From assembly GCF_000833605.1 (NCBI RefSeq), contig NZ_JXTG01000001.1:223312-263311 (forward strand): 40,000 nucleotides of DNA, written 5' to 3'. The translations under genes and the position numbers were made by a program. The stretch is from Anoxybacillus ayderensis (GTDB taxonomy: Bacteria; Bacillota; Bacilli; Bacillales; Anoxybacillaceae). Below the pieces are notes generated by a model. That model was not told where the DNA came from and ran no database searches. It saw only the letters and a program-made list of their open reading frames with translations. This document shows, piece by piece, positions 1 through 9,640 of this stretch (its first letter is position 1; each line of letters opens with the position of its first letter).

Positions 1-686
1 CGACGATTTTTAGTAAAAAAGTCGATATTTCTCCGCCAAGTTTACATTTGCTTGATTTATCAGAAGGAGAAGGATTTGAATATTTACCGCCAGACGATGT
101 GCTTGTAAAAGTATCGTTTCGTTTAAAAGTAGGCAACTTAATTGATTCGAACATTATGCAACTGTTGCCGATTCATTTTGCGAAAGAATTAGTCGAAAAT
201 TTATTAAATCCGTCTAGTACAAAGGCACAAACATCAGCTACAATAAATACGAATGAGCCACGTCAAACCGCGCCATCCGCACAAACACAACAAGCGCCTT
301 CACCGGCTCAACAAACGCAAAAAGAAGCTCCTCAACATGTAGGAACCGGAGCTGTGCAGCAGCCTGTCAACGTTCAGCCTGTTGCTTTTGCAAGTTTTGA
401 ACCAGCGCCGTTGCCAGAGACGGAATCGCGCAATCTCGACATGTTGCTTGATATTCCGTTGCAAGTGACGGTAGAGCTTGGGCGAACGAAGCGCTCTGTT
501 CAAGATATTTTAAGTTTATCGTCAGGGTCCATTATCGAACTCGATAAGCTGGCTGGTGAACCGGTTGACATTTTAGTAAACAATAAATTGATCGCCAAAG
601 GTGAAGTCGTTGTCATTGATGAAAATTTTGGCGTGCGCGTGACAAGCATTATTAGCCAGAGCGATCGATTAAACAAATTACGATAA
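1..686 (+). CDS. fliY: Flagellar motor switch phosphatase FliY, C-terminal part (5' end lies outside the window)
   Basis: The frame is open from nt 3 with no upstream stop, so the ORF-track start at 48 is an artefact. It has a Q/P/A-rich linker followed by a FliN/SpoA-type C-terminal domain ([22 protein letters not shown]...[36 protein letters not shown]). It sits directly upstream of cheY, as in B. subtilis. Confidence 0.9.
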   Translation, partial: TIFSKKVDISPPSLHLLDLSEGEGFEYLPPDDVLVKVSFRLKVGNLIDSNIMQLLPIHFAKELVENLLNPSSTKAQTSATINTNEPRQTAPSAQTQQAPSPAQQTQKEAPQHVGTGAVQQPVNVQPVAFASFEPAPLPETESRNLDMLLDIPLQVTVELGRTKRSVQDILSLSSGSIIELDKLAGEPVDILVNNKLIAKGEVVVIDENFGVRVTSIISQSDRLNKLR

Positions 687-705
687 TTTGGGAGGTTTTT
701 GGAGA

Positions 706-1065
706 ATGGCGAGAATTTTAATTGTTGATGATGCAGCATTTATGCGAATGATGATTAAAGATATTTTAACGAAAAACGGACATGAAGTCGTTGCTGAGGC
801 AGCTGATGGAGCGCAAGCGGTAGAAAAATATAAAGAGTTTCGTCCAGACTTAGTTACGATGGACATTACGATGCCAGAAATGGACGGCATTACAGCGTTG
901 AAAGAAATTAAAAAAATTGATAGCAACGCAAAAGTCATTATGTGTTCGGCCATGGGACAACAAGCGATGGTCATTGATGCGATTCAAGCAGGAGCAAAAG
1001 ACTTTATCGTCAAACCGTTCCAAGCAGATCGCGTTATTGAAGCCATTAATAAAACGCTCGGTTAG
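706..1065 (+). CDS. cheY: Chemotaxis response regulator CheY
   Basis: Single receiver domain (RILIVDDAAFMR, DLVTMDITMPEMDG, VIMCSAMG, KPF). ATG 706 follows the SD GGAGG (691-695). The ORF-track start at 688 lies too close to that SD. Confidence 0.96.
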   Translation: MARILIVDDAAFMRMMIKDILTKNGHEVVAEAADGAQAVEKYKEFRPDLVTMDITMPEMDGITALKEIKKIDSNAKVIMCSAMGQQAMVIDAIQAGAKDFIVKPFQADRVIEAINKTLG

Positions 1066-1077
1066 AGGTGGAATTCA

Positions 1078-1704
1078 TTGCGCTATATTCGCATCATGAT
1101 GTTGTGCGCGTTCGTTGTTCTGCAAGCAGTTTCCCCTGCTTTTGCAGAACAAACGAATAGCGTCAAAGAATGTGTAGAGCATCCAGAAAAGTGTAAAGAA
1201 CAACAAGTGAACGGGGCAACGAAAGCGGAAACGGTTGCCCAACCAGATCCGATTACGTTTTGGGATTTTGCGAAACTAATCGCTGCAACGGCTTTTGTTG
1301 TGTTTTTGTTATATACCCTTTTAAAATGGCTAAATAAACAAAACCGATTTTATGAGCGAAAAGGGCTCATTCAACATTTAGGTGGGACAAGTTTAGGAAC
1401 GAATCGAACGATTCAAATTGTGAAAGTTGGTCGACGTGTGTTTGTCGTCGGTGTGGGGGAATCGATCCATTTATTGAAAGAAATTACGGACGAACAAGAA
1501 ATTGAAGAGCTGCTTAAGCAACATGAAGCGCGGCTTGATTCATTGCTTGATACGAGCGTATGGAAATCGCTCCAATCGCTTTGGCAGCGAAAAGCGAGCG
1601 AACCTCGTTTTCGTCAGTTGTTTGATCGCGAGTTACAACGGTTAGCTGAAGAGCGAAAAAAAGCGATGAGAGCGCTAGAAAAAGAAAGGGATCCACATGA
1701 ATGA
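1078..1704 (+). CDS. fliZ: Flagellar biosynthesis protein FliZ (FliO-like)
   Basis: TTG start 7 nt after GAGGTGG. It has an N-terminal signal-like segment ending in AFA, one further TM helix (FAKLIAATAFVVFLLYTLL) and a charged C-terminus. The position between cheY and fliP matches B. subtilis fliZ. Confidence 0.8.
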   Translation: MRYIRIMMLCAFVVLQAVSPAFAEQTNSVKECVEHPEKCKEQQVNGATKAETVAQPDPITFWDFAKLIAATAFVVFLLYTLLKWLNKQNRFYERKGLIQHLGGTSLGTNRTIQIVKVGRRVFVVGVGESIHLLKEITDEQEIEELLKQHEARLDSLLDTSVWKSLQSLWQRKASEPRFRQLFDRELQRLAEERKKAMRALEKERDPHE

Positions 1705-2362
1705 AGTGATGCAGTTTTTTAACAATAGCGCCCCTGACAATGTAGCGACATCTGTGAAGCTGTTATTGTTGTTAACCGTGTTGTCGATTGCACCTGGCAT
1801 TTTAATTATGGTGACATCGTTTACGCGCATCGTCATCGTCTTATCGTTTGTCAGAACAGCGCTCGGCACGCAACAAATGCCGCCAAACCAAGTGATCATC
1901 GGGCTATCGCTATTTTTAACATTTTTTATTATGGCACCGACATTTCAACAAATTAACCGTGACGCTTTACAACCGTTATTTGATGAAAAAATTAACTTAG
2001 AGCAAGCATATGAACGAGCCGAAGTGCCGTTGAAAGAGTTTATGAGCAAACATACGCGGCAAAAAGATTTAGCTTTATTTTTAAGCTATGCAGGAGCTGA
2101 ACAGCCAAAAACGGTGCAAGATATTCCGATGTCAGCACTCGTCCCTGCATTTGCGATTAGCGAATTAAAAACGGCTTTTCAAATCGGCTTTATGCTATTC
2201 ATCCCGTTTTTAGTGATTGATATGATTGTTGCAAGCGTGTTAATGTCGATGGGGATGATGATGTTGCCGCCGGTCATGATTTCGTTGCCGTTTAAAATTT
2301 TATTATTTGTTCTCGTGGACGGTTGGTATTTAGTTGTGAAATCGTTATTAGAAAGCTTTTAA
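1697..2362 (+). CDS. fliP: Flagellar type III export gate protein FliP
   Basis: 221 aa polytopic membrane protein with the FliP signature region (RTALGTQQMPPNQVIIGLSLFLTFFIMAP). It overlaps the fliZ stop by 8 nt. Confidence 0.96.
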   Translation: MNEVMQFFNNSAPDNVATSVKLLLLLTVLSIAPGILIMVTSFTRIVIVLSFVRTALGTQQMPPNQVIIGLSLFLTFFIMAPTFQQINRDALQPLFDEKINLEQAYERAEVPLKEFMSKHTRQKDLALFLSYAGAEQPKTVQDIPMSALVPAFAISELKTAFQIGFMLFIPFLVIDMIVASVLMSMGMMMLPPVMISLPFKILLFVLVDGWYLVVKSLLESF

Positions 2363-2376
2363 AGTAGGTGGGAAAA

Positions 2377-2646
2377 ATGAGTCCCGATTTTGTCATTCAA
2401 GTGGCAGAACGCGGCGTATATATGGTGCTTATCGTATGTGGACCGCTCATGTTGCTTGCGCTTGCGGTCGGATTATTTGTCAGCATTTTGCAGGCAACGA
2501 CACAAATTCAAGAACAGACGTTAGCGTTCGTTCCAAAAATTGTCGCTGTTCTCATCGGTCTCGTTTTTTTCGGACCGTGGATGCTTTCGCGCATGATTTC
2601 GTATGCATACAATATTTTTAGTAACTTAAGTAAATTTGTAGGATGA
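2377..2646 (+). CDS. fliQ: Flagellar type III export gate protein FliQ
   Basis: 89 aa two-TM protein. ATG 2377 follows AGGTGG. The GTG at 2368 in the track overlaps that SD. Confidence 0.93.
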   Translation: MSPDFVIQVAERGVYMVLIVCGPLMLLALAVGLFVSILQATTQIQEQTLAFVPKIVAVLIGLVFFGPWMLSRMISYAYNIFSNLSKFVG

Positions 2647-3422
2647 AGCGTATGGAGTTATACACGTATGTACCAACGTTTTTGCTTATTTTTGCGCGCG
2701 TCGCTTCCTTTTTTGCGACGATGCCGCTTTTCTCTTATCGGAATGTGCCAAACGTTCATAAAATCGGTTTTGCCTTTTTCATTAGTTGGATCATGTTTTT
2801 TTCCCTTGATCCGAAACCGATCGATGTTGACGGAACGTATATGATGTTGCTAATTAAAGAAGTGCTTGTCGGGCTGTTGATTGGGCTTGTTGCGTTTATT
2901 ATCATGTCAGCGATTCAAATTGCGGGCGGACTCATTGATTTTCAAATGGGCTTTGCGATCGCAAACGTCATCGATCCACAAACAGGCGCACAAAGCCCAT
3001 TAATGGGACAATATTTGTATACGATCGCTTTGTTTTTTTTACTTGCCGTCAATGGACATCATTTGTTGTTAGACGGTATTTTTTATAGTTATCAGTTCAT
3101 TCCGCTCGAGCGCCTCATTTCTTTCGGAAATGGACAAATCGCAGAACAAGTCGTTCGTTTATTTCAAGCGATGTTTGTCATTGCGTTACAAATGGCCATT
3201 CCCATTGTCGGCTGTTTATTTTTAGTGGATGTAGCGCTTGGCATTGTCGCACGCACCGTTCCTCAAATGAACATTTTTGTTATTGGATTGCCTGTAAAAA
3301 TTATCGTTAGTTTTGTTTTGTTTGTCATTGTATTTTCAAGCATGTTTGTCGTAACAAAACAACTGTTTGAATTCACTTTTACGTCGATGCGCGGCATGAT
3401 GAAGCTGTTAGGGGGCGCGTAA
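2643..3422 (+). CDS. fliR: Flagellar type III export gate protein FliR
   Basis: 259 aa polytopic membrane protein with an ATGA overlap onto the fliQ stop. Position and length match B. subtilis FliR. Confidence 0.94.
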   Translation: MKRMELYTYVPTFLLIFARVASFFATMPLFSYRNVPNVHKIGFAFFISWIMFFSLDPKPIDVDGTYMMLLIKEVLVGLLIGLVAFIIMSAIQIAGGLIDFQMGFAIANVIDPQTGAQSPLMGQYLYTIALFFLLAVNGHHLLLDGIFYSYQFIPLERLISFGNGQIAEQVVRLFQAMFVIALQMAIPIVGCLFLVDVALGIVARTVPQMNIFVIGLPVKIIVSFVLFVIVFSSMFVVTKQLFEFTFTSMRGMMKLLGGA

Positions 3423-3423
3423 C

Positions 3424-4506
3424 GTGAGCTGGCTGTCGGTTGATTTGCAGTTTTTCGCCGGAGAAAAAACAGAAAAAGCAACGCCGAGAAAACGGCAAGA
3501 AGTGCGCAAAAAAGGGCAAGTAGCGAAAAGTGCTGATGCGACTGCAGCTTTTTTAATGCTCGTCGTTTTTCTTACTCTTTCGTTTTCTTCGGGCTTGTGG
3601 GGAGATGCGATTGTACGACTGTTTCGTCAATCTTTTCAACATTATTTTTTCATGGATGTGACGGTTGATTCTGTGCAGCTTATTTTTGTTGACCTTCTTC
3701 GCCAGCTTGCGATGCTTGTTGGACCGATTTTTTTAGCCTCGATTGCCGCAGCGCTATTTGTTAATTTTGTGCAAGTTGGCTTTTTGTTTACGACAGAACC
3801 GTTGCAAATGAAACTAAGTAAACTCGATCCGATTCAAGGATTCAAGCGCATCTTTTCCCTTCGTTCACTTGTAGAATTGTTAAAGTCGATTTTAAAAGTG
3901 CTGTTTGTTGGCGTTGTGACATTTTCAGTTTTATGGTTGCACATGGGTGATATTTTATCGCTATCCCATAAATCAATTGGTGCTAGTGCGATCACGCTTG
4001 GACGTTTAACGATTCAAATGGGGATCGTCGCTTCTGTCGCTTTACTGTTTCTTTCGATATTCGATTATTTGTATCAACGGTACGATTTTGAAAAAAATAT
4101 TCGTATGTCAAAGCAAGATATTAAAGATGAATATAAAAAGACGGAAGGAGACCCGCTCATTAAATCGCGCATTAAGCAAAAGCAGCGAGAAATGGCGATG
4201 CGCCGTATGATGCAAGAAGTGCCGAAAGCAGATGTTGTTATTACAAACCCGACGCATTTTGCCGTTGCGTTAAAGTATGATGAACAACAAGCAGATGCCC
4301 CGATCGTTGTCGCCAAAGGGGCAGACTATATGGCACAAAAAATAAAAGATATTGCTAAAAAAAACGATGTGATGATCGTTGAAAATCGTCCGCTTGCGCG
4401 CGCACTATACGATCAAACAGATATCGGGATGGTTATTCCGGAAGCTTTTTTCAAAGCGGTAGCAGAAATTTTAGCGTACGTTTATAAAACGAAAAATAAA
4501 CTTTAA
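3424..4506 (+). CDS. flhB: Flagellar export switch protein FlhB
   Basis: 360 aa with an N-terminal FAGEKTEKATPRKR motif, four TM helices and the NPTH autocleavage site (VVITNPTHFAVAL). Confidence 0.96.
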   Translation: MSWLSVDLQFFAGEKTEKATPRKRQEVRKKGQVAKSADATAAFLMLVVFLTLSFSSGLWGDAIVRLFRQSFQHYFFMDVTVDSVQLIFVDLLRQLAMLVGPIFLASIAAALFVNFVQVGFLFTTEPLQMKLSKLDPIQGFKRIFSLRSLVELLKSILKVLFVGVVTFSVLWLHMGDILSLSHKSIGASAITLGRLTIQMGIVASVALLFLSIFDYLYQRYDFEKNIRMSKQDIKDEYKKTEGDPLIKSRIKQKQREMAMRRMMQEVPKADVVITNPTHFAVALKYDEQQADAPIVVAKGADYMAQKIKDIAKKNDVMIVENRPLARALYDQTDIGMVIPEAFFKAVAEILAYVYKTKNKL

Positions 4507-4537
4507 TTTTTATGTATGTGAACAGGAGAGAACGTTT

Positions 4538-6574
4538 ATGTCGGCAAGGGACTTATCTGTATTACTTATGGTTGTATTAATTGTAGCGATGCTCATCATC
4601 CCTCTACCATCATGGTTGCTTAGCATCCTCATTATTATGAATATTTCTCTTGCGTTGCTCGTTCTCTTAACATCGATGAATATGCGCGAACCGCTCCAAT
4701 TTTCGATCTTCCCTTCGCTTCTCCTTTTGCTTACATTATTTCGCCTCGGTTTGAACGTTTCAACGACTCGCTCGATTTTGAGCAGAGGAGAAGCAGGAGG
4801 AGTCGTTGAAACGTTTGGAACGTTCGTCATCGGTGGAAATGTTGTTGTTGGTTTTGTTGTCTTTTTAATTTTAATTATTATTCAATTTGTCGTCATTACA
4901 AAAGGGGCGGAGCGCGTATCAGAAGTTGCGGCTCGTTTTACGCTCGATGCGATGCCGGGAAAACAAATGAGCATTGATGCCGATTTAAATGCCGGCATTA
5001 TCTCCGAACAACAAGCGAGAGAACGACGTGAAAAAATTGCGCAAGAAGCGGATTTTTACGGTGCGATGGACGGAGCGAGTAAGTTCGTAAAAGGTGACGC
5101 GATCGCAGGAATTATTATTGTATTAATTAACATGTTATTTGGAATCGTCATCGGCATGGTGCAACAAGGGATGGACATCGGGGAAGCAGCAAGAAGATAT
5201 ACGCTATTGACCGTTGGGGACGGAATTGTTAGCCAAATTCCAGCGTTATTAATTTCAACGGCCACTGGTATTGTCGTCACCCGTGCAGCCTCTGATGATA
5301 ATTTAGGTGCCGACATTATGCGGCAGCTGTTTGCGTATCCGAAAATGTTATACGTCACAGCGGGAACCATTTTTTTACTCGGGTTGTTCACTCCAATTAA
5401 TGATTTGTTAACGATTCCGATTGCTTCTTTGCTTGCTTTCGGCGCATATCAATTGACAAAACAAGCTCGTGTGGCAGAAACGACAACAGAAGAGACAGAA
5501 GAGGAAATCGAAACCGATCAAATGAAAAGTCCAGAAAGTGTTGTTAGTTTATTAAGTGTCGACCCAATTGAATTTGAGTTTGGGTACGGACTCATTCCGC
5601 TTGCTGACGCTAATCAAGGCGGAGATTTATTAGATCGTATCGTCATGATTCGTCGCCAACTTGCTTTAGAGCTTGGTATCGTCATTCCTGTTGTTCGCAT
5701 TCGTGATAACATTCAACTGCAGCCGAATGAGTATCGACTAAAAATTAAAGGAAATGAAGTGGCGCGTGGCGAGTTGTTGCTTGATCATTATTTAGCGATG
5801 AGCCCTGGCGTTGATGATGATTCCATTGAAGGAATCGATACGATTGAGCCGGCTTTCGGTTTGCCAGCAAAATGGATTTCCGAAGAAATGAAAGAGCGAG
5901 CTGAAATGTTTGGATATACGGTCGTTGATCCGCCATCTGTCGTATCGACGCATATCACTGAGCTGTTAAAAGCGCATGCGCATGAGTTGCTCGGTCGACA
6001 AGAAACGAAGCAGTTAATCGATCATGTCAAAGAATCGTATCCAATTTTAGTTGAAGAAGTGACGCCGAATCCACTATCGGTTGGCGACATTCAAAAAGTG
6101 CTTGCGAATTTATTACGTGAAAAAGTATCGATCCGCAATTTGCCGGTTATTTTTGAAACGCTTGCAGATTTTGGACGAATGACAACAGATCCAGATCTTT
6201 TAACAGAATATGTGCGTCAAGCGCTCGCGCGTCAAATTACGAGCCAGTATGTTGTTGAAGGTCAGCCGTTGCGTGTTATTACATTATCAGGAAAAGTTGA
6301 AAAAATGATTGCCGAAGGCGTGCAACAAACGGAACACGGCAATTACTTGGCGCTTGATCCCGTTGTTTCACAAGCGATTATTGAAGCGATTGCTATGCAA
6401 ATTGAGCAATTTCCGTTTCAAGATCAATCACCGATTTTACTTTGCTCGCCGGCTGTGCGCATGTATGTTAGACAATTAACCGAACGATATTTCCGTCACG
6501 TTCCGGTCTTGTCGTATAATGAACTTGAAGCCAATGTGGAAGTTCAAAGTGTTGGGGTGGTGAATGTGGAATGA
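4538..6574 (+). CDS. flhA: Flagellar export apparatus protein FlhA
   Basis: 678 aa FHIPEP-family protein (FPSLLLLLTLFRLGLNVSTTR; GAMDGASKFVKGDAIAG) with a large cytoplasmic C-terminal domain. SD AGGAGAG lies upstream. Confidence 0.97.
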   Translation: MSARDLSVLLMVVLIVAMLIIPLPSWLLSILIIMNISLALLVLLTSMNMREPLQFSIFPSLLLLLTLFRLGLNVSTTRSILSRGEAGGVVETFGTFVIGGNVVVGFVVFLILIIIQFVVITKGAERVSEVAARFTLDAMPGKQMSIDADLNAGIISEQQARERREKIAQEADFYGAMDGASKFVKGDAIAGIIIVLINMLFGIVIGMVQQGMDIGEAARRYTLLTVGDGIVSQIPALLISTATGIVVTRAASDDNLGADIMRQLFAYPKMLYVTAGTIFLLGLFTPINDLLTIPIASLLAFGAYQLTKQARVAETTTEETEEEIETDQMKSPESVVSLLSVDPIEFEFGYGLIPLADANQGGDLLDRIVMIRRQLALELGIVIPVVRIRDNIQLQPNEYRLKIKGNEVARGELLLDHYLAMSPGVDDDSIEGIDTIEPAFGLPAKWISEEMKERAEMFGYTVVDPPSVVSTHITELLKAHAHELLGRQETKQLIDHVKESYPILVEEVTPNPLSVGDIQKVLANLLREKVSIRNLPVIFETLADFGRMTTDPDLLTEYVRQALARQITSQYVVEGQPLRVITLSGKVEKMIAEGVQQTEHGNYLALDPVVSQAIIEAIAMQIEQFPFQDQSPILLCSPAVRMYVRQLTERYFRHVPVLSYNELEANVEVQSVGVVNVE

Positions 6575-7677
6575 AAGTAAAAAAGTTTGTTGCTTCGTCT
6601 ATGCCAGAAGCGATGAAAATGATTCGTGCGGAACTTGGAAATGATGCTGTTATTTTAAACTCGAAAGTCGTACAAAAAAAGGGCTTTCTTGGTCTATTTT
6701 CCCGAAAAAATATTGAAGTGATTGCTGCCGTTGATCCAAAGCCAACCACTCCGCCTGTTCAAAAAATGAAAGAAAAACGAAAAGAGCGCACAGAACCGTT
6801 GCGTGATGAACAGCTATTAAAAGAAATTCATGAATTAAAAGCGACGATCCGTCAGTTGTCACAAGGAGGGGGAGTTGAGCATTACCCCGCTCCGTTAAAA
6901 GCGATAGATGCCCATTTAATTGATCAAGAAGTAAGCGATGATGTGCGAGCGATGTTCATGTCTACTTTGTTGCAACGATGGTACACGTCGGGAGCGAACG
7001 GATCGTATGACGAAGTAAAGAAATGGCTTTATGAGGAAATTGTAAACACATTATCTTCTCTTTCGTTCGGCGGTATTTCTTTTCAAAAAAAATTCGTTAA
7101 CGTTGTTGGACCAACAGGGGTTGGAAAAACGACGACACTGGCGAAAATGGCAGCCGATTGCGTCATTAAACATAGAAAAAAAGTAGCATTTATTACGACC
7201 GATACGTATCGCATCGCAGCGATTGATCAGCTAAAAACATATGCAAAAATTTTAAATGTGCCAATTGAAGTATGTTACAATCTTGACGATTTTCGCCAAG
7301 CAAAAGAGAAGCTTACATCGTACGATATTGTTTTTATTGATACGGCCGGAAGAAATTTTCGCAACGTCCAATATGTGAACGATTTAAAAGAAATGATCGA
7401 TTTTAATGAAGAAATGGAAACATTTCTCGTCTTATCGTTAACAGCGAAATGGCGAGATATGAAAGAAATTTATACACAGTTTTCCCTCATTCCGATTCAT
7501 AAATTTATTTTCACGAAAATGGACGAAACGAGTCGGCATGGGGCGATGTTAAATATGATGGTTCAATGCGGTATCGGTACAGCGTATATGACGCACGGGC
7601 AAAACGTGCCAGACGATATCGTTGAAGCTACTCCACAACTTGTGGCAAATATGATTACCGGGGTCGAGCAACAATGA
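6571..7677 (+). CDS. flhF: Flagellar SRP-type GTPase FlhF
   Basis: GTPase motifs GPTGVGKTTT, DTAGR and TKMDET, with an N-terminal B-domain. ATGA overlap with flhA. Confidence 0.95.
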   Translation: MKVKKFVASSMPEAMKMIRAELGNDAVILNSKVVQKKGFLGLFSRKNIEVIAAVDPKPTTPPVQKMKEKRKERTEPLRDEQLLKEIHELKATIRQLSQGGGVEHYPAPLKAIDAHLIDQEVSDDVRAMFMSTLLQRWYTSGANGSYDEVKKWLYEEIVNTLSSLSFGGISFQKKFVNVVGPTGVGKTTTLAKMAADCVIKHRKKVAFITTDTYRIAAIDQLKTYAKILNVPIEVCYNLDDFRQAKEKLTSYDIVFIDTAGRNFRNVQYVNDLKEMIDFNEEMETFLVLSLTAKWRDMKEIYTQFSLIPIHKFIFTKMDETSRHGAMLNMMVQCGIGTAYMTHGQNVPDDIVEATPQLVANMITGVEQQ

Positions 7678-8543
7678 TGAGAGATCAAGCGGAAAGCTTA
7701 CGTTTACGTGTGAAAAAAATGCAACACGGTTCAGAAACGAAAGCGATTGCTGTGTTAAGTGGAAAAGGTGGCGTTGGAAAGTCGAACGTTTCGCTAAACT
7801 TTTCATTAGCGCTACGTCAGCGGGGGAAACATGTATTGTTGTTTGATATGGATATCGGAATGGGAAATATCGACATTTTACTTGGACAAACGTCATCCCA
7901 TACGATCATCGATATTTTTCGTCCAAATGTCACCATTCATGATATTATAAAGACAGGACCGAATGAGTTGGCGTTTATTGCAGGGGGAACGGGATTTACC
8001 GAAATTTTTCATATGGACGAACAACAAGTGGAATATTTTATTGAACAGTTACAACACGTTTCTGTGCAATATGATTACATCATTTTTGATATGGGAGCGG
8101 GGATGTCCGAAGATCGTCTTCAATTGTTAAAGGCGGTTGATGATATTTTCATCGTAACAACCCCTGAACCAACCGCTTTAACTGATGCATACGCAACGAT
8201 GAAATACATTCATTTAGCGGACCCACACCTTCCGATTTATGTGCTAGTGAATCGTGTGCGTTCGGATAAAGAAGGAATCGAAACGTTACAACGTTTAAAA
8301 CAAGTGGCGAAACGTTTTTTAGGAAAAGAGTTACATGCCTTAGGATATGTGCCAGAAGATCGAACAGTAAGCACAGCTGTTATTCGTCAAACGCCTTTTC
8401 TTTTGTTTGATCCGAGTGCGAAGGCGAGCAAGGCGGTAGTACAAATGACAGATCGCTATTTAGCAGATGAAGAGCATGAGGGGAAAGAGAAACGCCCGTT
8501 TCACTTTTTTGCCAAGCTGCGTCAATACTTTTTAGAAAGGTAG
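7674..8543 (+). CDS. flhG: MinD/ParA-type ATPase FlhG (YlxH)
   Basis: Deviant Walker A (SGKGGVGKS), an N-terminal DQAESLR motif (the known FlhF-activating DQAxxLR element) and a C-terminal amphipathic tail (FHFFAKLRQYFL). Confidence 0.93.
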   Translation: MMRDQAESLRLRVKKMQHGSETKAIAVLSGKGGVGKSNVSLNFSLALRQRGKHVLLFDMDIGMGNIDILLGQTSSHTIIDIFRPNVTIHDIIKTGPNELAFIAGGTGFTEIFHMDEQQVEYFIEQLQHVSVQYDYIIFDMGAGMSEDRLQLLKAVDDIFIVTTPEPTALTDAYATMKYIHLADPHLPIYVLVNRVRSDKEGIETLQRLKQVAKRFLGKELHALGYVPEDRTVSTAVIRQTPFLLFDPSAKASKAVVQMTDRYLADEEHEGKEKRPFHFFAKLRQYFLER

Positions 8544-8555
8544 GTTATCATCGCC

Positions 8556-9626
8556 GTGAAGAAAGCAAAAGTGCTTGTCGTTGATGACTCTGCTTTTATG
8601 CGAAAATTAATTAGCGACTTTTTGTCAGAACATCCCCGCTTGCACGTTGTCGGTACAGCACGTGATGGACAAGAAGCGCTACAAAAAATTGAGCAATTAC
8701 AACCTGATGTTGTCACGTTAGATGTTGAGATGCCTGTCATGAACGGGCTTGAGACGCTAAAGCATATTATGCAGAAACGTCCGCTTCCTGTTGTGATGAT
8801 TTCAAGCACGACGACAGAAGGAGCGGAAAATACAATTTTAGCGTTGCAATACGGTGCCGTTGATTTTATTGCTAAGCCCTCAGGTGCCATCTCGCTAGAT
8901 TTATATAAAATTAAAGATAAAATGATCGAAAAGGTGCTTTTAGCGAGCGAAGCGAATTTGCGAACGGTAAAGACAAAGCAAAAAATGTCTATGTTGCCAC
9001 AAAAGCAATATAGTAAAATAGAGGTAAGCGAACGACAACATGTGAGCGGAAACAAAAAAATCATCGCCATCGGTACATCGACGGGTGGACCGCGTGCGCT
9101 TCAGCACGTGTTAACGAAATTTCCAGCGACCATTGATGCACCTATTTTAGTTGTGCAACATATGCCAAAAGGATTTACAAAATCGTTAGCGAACCGCCTC
9201 GATTCGTTATGCGATATTCGGGTGAAAGAAGCAGAAGACGGTGAAGTTATTCAAAAAGGGACGGCATATATCGCACCGGGTGGAAAACATTTACATGTCA
9301 AACATGTCGGTACATCGCTTACCATTCATCTCGATGAAGCAGCACCGCGCAACGGACACCGCCCTTCGGTTGACGTCATGTTTGAGTCGTTAAGCGCCCT
9401 AACAGATTACGAAAAAATTGCCGTCGTTATGACGGGAATGGGTTCAGACGGCACAGCAGGATTAAAACAGTTAAAAATGTCTGGTAAAACGTTTGTTATT
9501 GCAGAATCTGCTGAATCTTCAGTCGTATTCGGTATGCCAAAATCGGCCATTGCTGCGAACGTCGTTGATGAAATTGTTCATGTTGATGATATTGCTGAAG
9601 CGGTAATGAAGCACGTACAAGTTTGA
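8556..9626 (+). CDS. cheB: Chemotaxis methylesterase/response regulator CheB
   Basis: Receiver domain (KVLVVDDSAFMR, DVVTLDVEMP) fused to a CheB methylesterase domain (IGTSTGGPRAL, VQHMP, GMGSDG). GTG start. Confidence 0.95.
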   Translation: MKKAKVLVVDDSAFMRKLISDFLSEHPRLHVVGTARDGQEALQKIEQLQPDVVTLDVEMPVMNGLETLKHIMQKRPLPVVMISSTTTEGAENTILALQYGAVDFIAKPSGAISLDLYKIKDKMIEKVLLASEANLRTVKTKQKMSMLPQKQYSKIEVSERQHVSGNKKIIAIGTSTGGPRALQHVLTKFPATIDAPILVVQHMPKGFTKSLANRLDSLCDIRVKEAEDGEVIQKGTAYIAPGGKHLHVKHVGTSLTIHLDEAAPRNGHRPSVDVMFESLSALTDYEKIAVVMTGMGSDGTAGLKQLKMSGKTFVIAESAESSVVFGMPKSAIAANVVDEIVHVDDIAEAVMKHVQV

Positions 9627-9640
9627 GGGGGATAGGAACA

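Noticed and set aside
8522-9070. 182-aa minus-strand ORF antisense to cheB, together with similar minus-strand ORFs throughout the track (e.g. 678-974, 9652-10089, 10357-10734, 11765-12199, 20665-21066, 28275-28688, 36376-36790).
   Set aside because: Each lies entirely inside a confidently identified + strand gene. They have no SD and low-complexity, Ser/Cys/Thr-rich translations typical of shadow frames, and I recognise no domains in them.
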